DNA of 64,000 nt from assembly GCA_950097015.1 (NCBI GenBank), contig CATNEN010000030.1:806001-870000 (forward strand), given 5' to 3'. Below, piece by piece: positions 24,291-35,533 of the stretch. Every line of letters starts with the position of its first letter. Position 1 is the stretch's first letter. A program made the position numbers and the translations under genes. The notes beneath the pieces were generated by a model. That model searched no databases. It saw only the letters and a list, made by a program, of their open reading frames with translations, and was not told the origin of the DNA. The DNA comes from Macrostomum hystrix (taxonomy: Eukaryota; Animalia; Platyhelminthes).

Positions 24291-25802
24291 CTAATGCTGC
24301 AGAGTACCCTCCTGTTCGCGCCTCTCATAGTGATTAAAGTCGTCAAAGATGCTAGTGCTGTGCTTGTAGGCCCGAATAATGTTTAGTACTAGCCGGCCCT
24401 GATCAAGCGGCACGTTGGTACAGTCGCGCGAGTTAGTAACCGGCTTGTTTTCATTGGTAGCCACCCGGACATGCCGCAGCTGACTATTTGGCACGTCTTT
24501 AACGTACAGCCATTTGATGCCGAATTCGCCTAGCCATTTATCCTGACACCACACTCTGGCATTCTTATTGGCGTCAACCTCTGAAGTCATCTGGGCCACG
24601 CCGCAGAAGTGACCAGAGCCGTTAACTGAGAACAGTAGATAAACTCCGGCGCGCATTGCTGCAGTTCGACGGAATGCTTCGTTAAGCGTCTCATTGCCAC
24701 GCCTGGTGCTGCACCAGATTGAATACTTTATGGCACGGTGGATGTCGTCTTCGCTGTAGCTTTTAATGACGTAGAACTCGGATCCTTCTGGCACCTCCAG
24801 CTTCGGCGGATTGATGTCCTTCTCTAGCTGGCGCAGGTGCTCCTCTGAGACTAGGGGACCCGAAGAGCCCTGCTGATCTGACGACTGCAGCTGGCCGCGA
24901 TTGCCTGCATTTTGATGCTGCTGCTGCTGGTACTGCTGCGGCTCAGTAGCCCTGGCCAGGAGCCAGCGATGCCTGGCCCTGAATCCTAGCTGGGCCCTGC
25001 TGCTGTTGCTGTTTACTTCGCTGCTTGCCTGACAGCCAGTCCACCTGTGCCTTTGCCAAGCGCCTTCTGATTGGCGCCGGCTTTAGTGGCACCGCCAACA
25101 ACAGCAGCCGCTGAAGATGCCGTCGGCTCGCCAGGCGCCGAGGCCACCGAAGCTGGCTTGGACGTCGGCGAGGCGCCGGCCACAGTTGGAGCCTGAGAGG
25201 CGGCAATCTTGGCCCAGGTCTTTGGACCGCCTCCGGTAGTCGTTGAAGTACCAAGCGTAGGATAATCGGCGGAAGAAGCAGAAGCTTCCGACTGTTGCTG
25301 AACGGACATGGCAGAGATGCCCTGCTCAAGGACGGTCACTGAGTCGCTTCCATTCTGTCCAGCCGGTTGGTTAGCAACAGCAGCATTCTGAATGGCGCCT
25401 GTAGCAACAGCGGCTGTCGGATGCTGAAGCAGCGGCGCGGCGTAACCAGCGTAGGCATCCGGCCGGCTGGGCCAGGCAGACAGATCGCCGCTTTCGTAGC
25501 TATTAGCCGCAGCGGCAGCAGCAGCAGCAGCCGCCTGATTCCACACGACGCCAGCAGCGCCATACTGATGAGGTGATGGCGCCATGTAGCTTCCATAGCT
25601 ATAGTGATTGCCGCCATAGTACTTCCTGTGGACTGTACTGCTGGTGCTGTTGCTGGTGCACACTGGGGCCAGATGGAGCACCAGTTGACCAGACGGAGCC
25701 ACCAGCCCCAACATCAACACCAATTTGGCCACCAGAGAAGGCAAAGTTTTGCATTAGATAAGGCGCCTGACCATATTCGCCCATGGATTGATTGTTTAAC
25801 AT
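24291..25802 (-). CDS. YTHDF: YTH-domain family m6A reader (YTHDF type), with frame breaks in the N-terminal low-complexity region
   Basis: Complete C-terminal YTH domain: [68 protein letters not shown], with the aromatic-cage Trp residues intact. YTHDF-like N-terminal motifs VWSTG, DLSAW and TWAKIAAS fall in three different frames. Acceptor TGCAG| at 25834/25833; first in-frame ATG at 25802. Confidence 0.93.
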
Positions 25803-28800
25803 GGCTTGATTAGCTTGCAATTTATTAAGTAGGCCTGCACAAATAAATGAAGATATGCTATTTGCTACGCAGAGGCTGCAAGGGTAAATAAAGTGTGTAT
25901 TTGCAGTGAAGCAGTGGGCCTATATAGACTATAAGTAATTTATATTTATAATACAAATTTGCTTTTAGAACAATTAAGCCTTAGAAAAGAGGCAAATAAT
26001 ATGAGGAAATATATAGATTCTTAAAGAGTAGCTGAATACCTAGTTTCACAGTATTATAAAACATTCCTATTCTATTTTTATAAGAGTGAACTTTGAGACT
26101 ATGATATGAATTTATGAATTTAGACTAGGAAGAGACTGCAAAACAAAGATGAAGAATACAAGTAACAATATAAGCTTCTATTTAGAAAAATAATGCTAAT
26201 TTTATATCTGTTTAAACACAAGCAAGTTACATTGAAGGATTAAAATTGATTAATTAAATAAAAATAGTAGGCCTATATAGTTTGGCAGTATATGGAATAT
26301 TTTTCTTAGCATAATTAGTTGTAAGCCTTTAAGATATTTTTCTGCATTGTATAAAATAAAGAATGTATGCAGAATTTTTTATATAGAGTATGGCGAGCAT
26401 GATCAATACTATAGGTTAAGCTAAAGTATAAATTAGGCCTGGTTTTTATGCTAAATAGAATGTGTCCTATATGAAGTCTTTATTTAAAAAATTAGGGTTT
26501 TGCTAATTTTACAATATATATTACATTTAATTATATCAATAGTTTTGTCATACAATTTTAAGCTAGGCCTACTGAAGCAAAAGTGCACAACCACCAAAAA
26601 TTAGTTTCAGCTTTCAGGATAGATACTACAATTAAGAAAAATTATCTAATCATTTTAGATATTTAAATGTTGCTGTTTCTAATAGAAACAAAAACAATAC
26701 TTGGGGCCTGATAATATAGAATTACTCTCCAAAACAATGTAAACTAGGTCAGAAGGCGAGACTTGCGCGAGAACCGAGAAAACACGAGGTGACTAAAGCC
26801 TCAAGTGAGCGACTTTATATTTGGCTATGTACACCAGAGAATGTACATCGCATTGCACAATTTACGAAGCCAACTTACGACGCGATGCGAGAATGAATCA
26901 CCGCACACCTTACAATATAATTATATAGATAATCGACAAAGCTTAGCTGTTTTTTCATTGAGCATTGAGAAAAAATGTATTGCTAAAATTTAGAACAACT
27001 ATTTAATTTTTTTCATCAAAAAATTGTAATTAGCAAACGGTTTTAGCCAATTATTAGAATGACCAAAAACAAAAATGAGTTCTCTTAATTAAATGCAATG
27101 TAATAAACTTTGATCTTATTCTACAAAAAGGAACTAGCTAGAAGGAATATACATATATACATTATGCTGTCAACATTAAAATAAAACAATTTACTTGCGT
27201 TGCCTACTATTTATCTTAAGCTAGAGCCTAATTATCTTAGATCCAGAGACCAGCTATTCCTTTTTAGGTGGGTCATAACCATATAGGAAGTAAGACGCAG
27301 GTGAATGTATGAATTTCTGGACATTTTGCTACGAAAGCGAAAATAAAAAAATATTTTAATAGAAAATTTCGAAATTCAAATACTATAATTTTAATTTTTC
27401 GTCAGTAATACAAAGTTTTTGTGTGTTTACTGTTTCAATTTCTTGTATTTTCGACACGAATATACTAATAAGACTGGGTTAGTTTTTGTGAAATAAAAAA
27501 ATGTAGAACTGTTACATCCTATAGTTGTCTTAATCAATATTCTCGAGTGCATTTTGATTTGGTTCATATTTGAATCTTGACACATTACAAGTAGGTATTA
27601 ATTAAATGTGACAATACCCGGGCTCCTGGCTATCTTTTTTAGGACCAATCAAGGACTTGTATTTAAGTGCCGTTTTAAAGTATCGGGTATCACTTCAAAC
27701 TTGGTTTTAAGATTTGTTTCAAACTTGCTTTTTGCTTTGATTTTTGCCACTCACTGTCCATTGCGGCGTGCCATCTGACGCATAGCACAATTTACGAATT
27801 TTTATTACATCCTGAAGAGAATCGGTAGCTTTTGGCTTTTGGGCCCGGAAGCCGGAACACGTGGCCCACCATTTTTAGTCTTCACCAACGCAAGATGGTC
27901 CGTGTTGCAGCTGGATACTCTCACGAAGGGCATCGTTCCCGACGCTACTGTCAGCGTGTAAAAGCCTGGCGGAGCAGCCCCGAGTGCGCCGAGTCCAGGA
28001 GCCATTCTGGCGTAGCCGTCATCGTCCACATCTCGGCGTTGTACAGCAGCTAGGACTGTCTCGACCACCGCCTGCATTCGTCGTGCAGCTTTAGCAGAAC
28101 AAGAAGACAAGAGAAGAGAAGAGAAGAAACCCAGCACGCTAAGGCGCTTTTCGTTGTGGTGGCGGCCGATTTCAGCGCGGCAGGAATTTGTCGTCCATTG
28201 AGGGGAGTGTGATCCGGAGCACGCCGTCTATAGGAGCAAGCACAAAAGAGGAACGGCGCTAACCTAACGTGTCGCCCTGCTAGAATCCTGACGATGTGTC
28301 AAACAGGTTTGACGTCACAACAGCGAGGAAACTTCATGCTTTTGATTGAGTATTGATTGACTATTGTGACGATTTATTGAGTAGTTGAAGTACAACACCA
28401 CGAAGAGCATCTTATTAAGAAAGTCATTCGGTGTAACACGTATAACATCTCGAATTGCAGTGTGGCGCCCTTTCAGTCACCTAACCGAATTATCAAATCC
28501 GCACAGACTTGATATTCTATCTGTCCACTATACAGTGTTGTCCACTGTATCGCACTGTATAGCGATACCAGTTCAAGAACCCCTGCCTCAATTTGTCACG
28601 TCTGCCAAACGCACAGATACATTCACATAGAGATTCCGTAATGATCAATGAGGTGGTATTCCGTGTACTGGAGAGTGTCACCGTAGATAATGTCGCGAAT
28701 TTACTATCGAGCTCCACTGCATTGAAAGTTTTAAAAAGAAACAAGAGCGAGTTTTCTTCAGGTACATATTTATATATGGCTTGCGCTTCAGTGCGACACA

Positions 28801-29917
28801 CGGGGGTTTCCTTATAGGTCAGCACCATTCCGCTATCCTCCAAAGCGCTGTCAAAGCTCGCGAAGCCGCTGTGCTGTTCATAAAATATCCACTAGTAGCG
28901 ACAACTGCAGCAATAAAAGAATTCCTTACGGAATCATTTCCTATAAGCGCGGCATTGCAGCATTGACGGCATTGACGCATATTTTGCAGGTATTAAGCGT
29001 GACGGACGACCCCTCTGGCCATAGACATCGGTGCAGGACTTCTTCGCCTTTCTTTCTTTCTTCTAATCGCAAAAATTCAAATGTTTACTCCCAATGTCCG
29101 CTGGCCAGCCATCACACCTGGGCAGCAACCCTAAATCCTGAAGTCTTAAAGCAGTGAGTGGGAGGCATTCACAGATTTCATGGACTTGAATGCGCGGATA
29201 GACAGAGGACGTTATGATGTAGAACAACAACAGGATTCATCAGCTGCTGCGGTGGAACACCCCCTGCCCCCGTGTCTCTCTCTCTCTCTATGGATATTCT
29301 TCCAGTGACTTTTTCTATAGGAATTTCTTCATCTATGATTTTTATGCATAAGGCACCAGTTCAAACTTACATCATGCCGGGAAATAGAAGCCAACTGCCG
29401 CCTGTGAAAGAGAAAATTCATTTTTTAAAAGCGGATAGCCGAGCGAGGAACTGCACTTTAATAGCACGGTGTTCTCGGTGGCTGGAGATGCAGTAGGGGA
29501 GGCTGAAGCTCGCGTGTTCATAAATTTATTTTCGTGCAGCTGCGCAACTTGACCGACCAGATGCGCATTCTTGTTACGCCTGCCGTTGGATGCTCGAAAG
29601 CGCGACCTGTCCATGGCAGCAGTGCTCCCCGCGAACACCGGGGGAAAACTATTATATCCTTCGTGTTGTTGGGCTTTGTATTTGCGTAGCCAAAGACTGG
29701 TGCAAAGCAATCTGTTTTGATAAGCATCGCAAAAGTCAGTTTTCAGCTGCAATTGACTTGTCAGTCAGTCATGCCGATGTTGAATCTGAATTTGACAGTC
29801 AGTCTTTAAAATAAATCAAATTCAGCAATCATGACTTTTCGTTGGTGCAACAAACGCTAGTGGATCTTTATTATGGGAGAATCTTTATTTGAGAGAACAC
29901 CGTTGTTGGGTTGAGTG

Positions 29918-30360
29918 ACAACCAATCCTTGGGTTTGAGAGAGTAAGATACTTTGGGTTTGAAAGAGTAAGATACTTGGGTTTGAGAGAGTAAGATACTT
30001 TGGGTTTGAGAGAGTAAGATACTTGGGTTTGAGAGAGTAAGATACTTTGGGTTTGAGAGAGTAAGATACTTGGGTTTGAGAGAGTAAGATACTTGGGTTT
30101 GAGAGAGTAAGATACTTTGGGTTTGAGAGAGTAAGATACTTTGGGTTTGAGAGAGTAAGATACTTGGGTTTGAGAGAGTAAGATACTTTGGGTTTGAGAG
30201 AGTAAGATACTTGGGTTTGAGAGAGTAAGATACTTTGGGTTTGAGAGAGTAAGATACTTGGGTTTGAGAGAGTAAGATACTTGGGTTTGAGAGAGTAAGA
30301 TACTTGGGTTTGAGAGAGTAAGATACTTGGGTTTGAGAGAGTAAGATACTTGGGTTTGAG
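29918..30360. repeat. 23/24-nt minisatellite TTGGGTTTGAGAGAGTAAGATAC(T)
   Basis: Read directly. Confidence 0.97.
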
Positions 30361-30684
30361 ATGAGAGAGCGGGATGGTACCTTTCGAGCCATATCAAGGC
30401 TGCCTTGGCTTACTTGACAACTTTTTCAGCAGCACACCTTGTGCTATACAACTCAATCGATGTTGTCCGTAGCCCTGAACAAGCACATCGCTAGCAATTC
30501 CTACCTTCGACGTGTCATAAATTTTTCACTGGCGCTTTTGCGGCAGAGAAACATATTCGTTTGTGTACAAACCTAAATAAATTAAAGTATATTGGACACG
30601 CCAATTCACATGGGGTTTTGCATGAAAAATAAATGTTTATTGCCGTGCGCATGCAGTGCTCGCGGAGCAAGCATCCATATAGAG

Positions 30685-31071
30685 CAAGGGTCGGCAAACT
30701 CCGGACCGCGGGCCAGATGCGGCCCTCGAAGCTCCCAAATCCGGCCCGTTGCCCCTTCCGACACCTACAGTATCCTGTTTCATCTTTCCCCTGTCTCGTC
30801 TCTCCCGTGTCTCATCTCTTCCGTGTCTCATCTCTCCTGTGTCTCATCTCTCCGCCTTCTAATCTCTCCCATGTCTCATCTCTTTCGCGTGTCATCTCTC
30901 CGCTGTCTCATCTCTCCCGTGTCTCATCTCTCCACTGTTATATCTTTCCGCTGCCTTATCTCTCCCGTGTCTTATCTCTCCCTTTTCTCATATTTCTACA
31001 GTCAATGCGGCCCGCTATCGTCTTTTAGGTTCTCTTTTTGGCCCACTAGCTAATAAGTTTGCCGACCCCTG
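30685..31071 (+). mobile_element. Non-autonomous hAT (Charlie/Buster-like) MITE, copy 1, 387 nt
   Basis: TIRs CAAGGGTCGGCAAACT and AGTTTGCCGACCCCTG. The 8-bp TSD ATATAGAG occurs at 30677-30684 and 31072-31079, with central TA. Contains an internal degenerate 16-nt repeat. Confidence 0.93.
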
Positions 31072-32139
31072 ATATAGAGGCTTAGGCCTCTTCCCTTGCA
31101 ACTATGGGAGCGGAGCGAATGGGATGAAGTTGAGGCGAAATCTTGTAGACATGCGACCCGCAATCCAAGGAAACGTGGGGAAGCAATATACTCGAAATGT
31201 TTTTGAATAGAGTAATTCTAGCTAGCCAATAGAGAAAGGCCTTCCCTGTCTCTCTCTCTGTGCTGGCCTGTCTTGATCACTCCCTTTCCCTGGCAAAGCG
31301 TCCCCCCCACGAATGCTTGCCGACGACTACCAAAAGCAGCGTCAAAATCTTCAATAGCCGTCCCAGGAAATCCCTCCGTCGGGAGACATTGGGGCCATCA
31401 GATCAGATCCTGAGACGAGATTTCCACCGATCCCTAAGTACAAATCCTCCTAATACTCTCATATTCTCGCTTTCAGTTTCAGTAAAGAAAGTACACAATG
31501 CACAAATTCGAGAGACAGCAACTGCATCGTCATCAGTAGAGGTGAGTCTATTGAGTTGTGCGTAGATCCAATCGGAAAATGATTTAAAATGCATTGTTTG
31601 GATGTACAAAGGTCAATCCGTGAGCAGTATTCACAAAGCTTCCCAAATGTAGAAAAGAGGCAGTAGGATTTATGGACGGCACCGATTGTTCCAAAACATA
31701 TAAAAGTCATCTGCCTCGACGAAAAGGTGGGCAAACAGACTGAAGAGGGCTCTTATCCTTGCTGAAGTGGATTCGGGCAATGCCCCAGTCCCCCCACTGT
31801 TAAGCCGCATTTTAATATACGATTAAGCGGCCTAACATTTTATAGATGAATTGGGATTCTTATCGACCGATAAAATGAGGAGCAGAAGGCTGCACGGCAG
31901 AGAATCTGAGCTATACAGAAATGCATTTTATCCGTGTGAGTGGGGATTAGGGGAATGAGGGAAAGAGAGACAGAGGCAAGTGTTTGAGCCGCATACCTGT
32001 CTAGTGAGCCAGGTAGGTAAGTATGCTCAAGGGCCCGGTGCCATTGGACTTTTGAAGCGTTCACAAACCATTCTACCGAGGAATGGGAGAATGATTTAAT
32101 TTGCGGATCAACGAGTTGAAAGGAGGATGGACAGATAGT

Positions 32140-32855
32140 GAGAAAACAAGAGAGAAAGAACGAGAGAGAAAACGATAGAAAGAGAGAAAACACGATAGAG
32201 AAAGAAAACGAGAGAGAGAAAGAAAACGAGAGAGAGAGAAAAAGTGACAAAGAGGAAGTAAACGAGAGAGAGAGAAAAAGAGAGAGAGAGAGAGAAAACG
32301 AGAGAGAGAAAATGAGAGAGAGAGAAAACGAGAGAGAAAAAGAACGAGACAGAGAAAACGAGAGAGAGAAAACGAGAGAGAGAGAAAACGAGAGAGAAAA
32401 AGAACGAGACAGAGAAAACGAGAGAGAGAAAACGAGAGAGAGAGAAACCGAGAGATAACGAGAGGGAGAAAGAAAGCGAGAGAGAGAGAGAAAACGAGAG
32501 AGAGAGAAAACGAGAAAGAGAGAAAGAAAACGAGAGAGAGAAAGCGAGATAAAGAGAGAGAAAACGAGATAAAGAGAGAGAAAGCGAGATAAAGAGAGAG
32601 AAAACGAGATAAAGAGGAAGAAAACTTGAGAGGAAGAGAAAACGAGAGAGAAAGAAAACAAGAGAGAGAGACAGAAAACGAGAGAGAGAAAACTAGAGAG
32701 AGACAGAAAACGAGAGAGAGAAAACGAGAGAGAGAAAACGAGAGAGAAAGAGAAAATGAGAGAGAGAAAACGAGAGAGAGAAAACGAGAGAGAGGGAACC
32801 CGAGAGATAACGAGAGGGAGAAAGTGTGAGAGAGAGAAAACGAGAGAAAGAGAAA
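32140..32855. repeat. Purine-rich (GA)n/GAAAAC low-complexity array
   Basis: Read directly. Confidence 0.95.
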
Positions 32856-33363
32856 GCGAGAGCAATGTTTCTGCTGGTTCTCAGAAAAAGGGAAACCACA
32901 GAGAGACAGACAGAATGACTGATATTCGGTGGAATGTGGTGAAGCAAACGGCAAATTGATCAAGCGTCTCGGGCACTCAGTGCATGGGTTGACAGCGCAT
33001 GCAATATTCGGAACTGGCTTCTTCCTATGAATAACTTACTCTAGAATCTGACATCAAAGCTGAATTTGGCAGCCGGTCGAGTTTATATGCATGGCTTGCC
33101 TTCGAAGTGCGCCTGATAAATGACAGCTCCTGAGAACTCTTGAGAACTCCTGAGAACACGCACGCAATAGGATGCGTACCCAGAGGTGTACATCTGGCCT
33201 CGAATGTCCTTTGTGGCTTAGCTTCAAATTGCAGATTCGAACTTTGGACCCTCGGCGCGAGTGTCGGGCTATAATATGACTCGTAAAAATAGTCATTACT
33301 ATAAGTGCAGGAGGGCTGCAGGCAATGGCACATCATTTGGTGACACTAGACCCGCATCCAGCC

Positions 33364-33461
33364 AGGAGGCAATTCTGCCCATTTCGCTGACTCCTGAGCA
33401 CACGCGCACTAAGATGCTGTACGAAGGCACACGCTCACACAGGTGTGTACATCTGCCCTGA
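33364..33461 (+). repeat. 98-nt dispersed repeat, copy 1 (copy 2 at 59920-60017)
   Basis: Collinear by eye, including an exact CAGGTGTGTACATCTGCCCTGA. Confidence 0.8.
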
Positions 33462-34199
33462 CTTTCTCACCGTCAGGCAGTGTATTCTGGAGCAGGCAGG
33501 TATTCCACCAATATTTAAGCAAATTCATCGCTGATTTAGGCTTCACAACCTGTCCAGAACAACCAAAGTCTGCTTCTGCCAAATTTGCATATCTTAACAG
33601 ATTATCCGCCGAAAGAGAAATGACTCACAGATCACAGACCAAGTGTGCATTTTCGTCCCAGAAGCCACCTCGTGGCCTAATCCCTTCAGACTTTGCCGCA
33701 GCCCGCGACAGCCGCGACTCGACGATGCGTTAAGCTTGCGATGAAGGGTCCCCCGTGCAGCCATCATATTTTCAGTCGCACGGAGCAGTCCCTGTAACTA
33801 TGCCGCAGATTGACTCAAACTCAGCTCAGACTCAGCTCAGCTGTTTGCATGGCTGCGTGCGTAAGCTCCCGCAGGACCCTCCGCCGGCTTAATCTCCTCT
33901 CTACTGGCATTCGCTTCCTCTTCATTCTTTTTTTCCTCTTGCCCCGGTTCCTGGCTGGGAACGCCCCCTTTAACTGTCAATGAGGTAAATTGAATTTTCC
34001 CCCAACGAGGTCCCAGTCGCGCCCACTCCCCAACCTATTCCCCAACGTTGTTCGATGAGCGGTGACTCAGCGAGCTACGCTTTGACGATATTAGGCTTCC
34101 AGAGACCGACGGCGAAGCTTTAGCCGATATTTGAGACTTATGAAACCTTTCAGATCTCGGCATGCAACGAACACCTGAGCCTGTTAAACCGCTTTCAAA

Positions 34200-35501
34200 A
34201 TGATGTCGCACGTACGCAGCCGACAATCGAACCGGAGCTTCTTCCGTCAAATTTTCATCATCCTGACGACTGCGATATTGGCAGCATCAGGAGCGTCGGC
34301 ACTGACAACTTCGCAAGCTCCTCGCATCGAGGTGCATCCGAAGGATGTCGCGGCTCCGGCCGGATCAACGCTGCGCCTGATCTGCTCAGCCAGCAGCGGC
34401 GGAGACAACAGTCAGCAGGTTTTCATCGTCTGGCACAACGCCAGCAGCGGCCGACCGGTGCTGGAAGGCCGCGGACCGACGCTAGAGTTCTCCAGCTTCG
34501 ACGCCAGCCAGTCTGGCCGCTATTACTGCAACGCTAGCGTCGCGGACGTCGGATGGGTCATCAGCCGGCCTGCCTGGGCCCGCCTGGCCAGCCTTGGTCC
34601 GAAGTTCGCCTCCGATCCGGTTAGCCAAACTGTCATTGTCGGGCAGGTCGCCGAGCTCAGCTGCCGGCCGCCGACAGTAGCAGTGCCAACGCCGCGAATA
34701 TCCTGGCACAGAAACGGCCGCCCCATCAGTGTTGCCAGCGGGCTGGCTTTCGATGACCCGGGTCGTTTTCGCGTCCTGCCGCTCGTTGACGGCGGGGTCA
34801 AGCTGAGAATTATCGAGGCCAGACCGGCCGACTCCGGCGAGTACGCCTGCGTGGCCAGCAACGAGGCTGGCGAGCTGCACTCGGCCTCGGCTGTGCTCAC
34901 AGTCGTCAGCAATCACGCCGGCGGTGGCGGCGGTGGCGGCGGTGGCATCCGACGCGGCGACAAGCAAGTCGTTATCCTGTCGGCCCCAGTCGATGCCGAA
35001 GCTGCAATCGGCGATTCGGCCATATTCGACTGCCGCGCTGACGGATCGCCAATGCCTACAGTTGCTTGGCGACACGATAGCGGCGTTGCTGTGGACGCTA
35101 AAAGAATCATTGACCATGGCAACGGAACTTTGAGTCTGTTCAATGTGACCTTGGAGGATGCTGGAATGTGAGTACTTATTAGTGCAATTATAGTCCACTT
35201 CAGAAAGCATTCGCAGCACCAAAGCTATAAACATTCATGTACGTACACATTTCTTAGAAACGCGACTCCCTCAATGCCACTTCAGATACGTCTGCGAAGC
35301 GACCAGTCCGACTGGCCGGGCGTCCGCCTCCGCCACTCTGTCAGTGCTGACCCGCCCGGTCATTCTCACTGGCCCGACCGATCAGGTGGCGCACCTGGGC
35401 GGGCGGGCCGTATTTACCTGCCGAGCCGGAGGCAGTCCGCATCCGACCGTCTACTGGTCGAAGGACTTCGGCCCCTACCTGTTTCACGGTGTAGCGTCAT
35501 C

Positions 35502-35533
<32 letters not shown>

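Noticed and set aside
29530-29814. Cys-rich ORF faintly like a piggyBac C-terminal domain
   Set aside because: Cys spacing does not match well, and no transposase core, TIRs or TTAA TSD were seen.
31260-31830. Short ORFs 31403-31609 and 31459-31734
   Set aside because: Broken frames with no motif I can identify.
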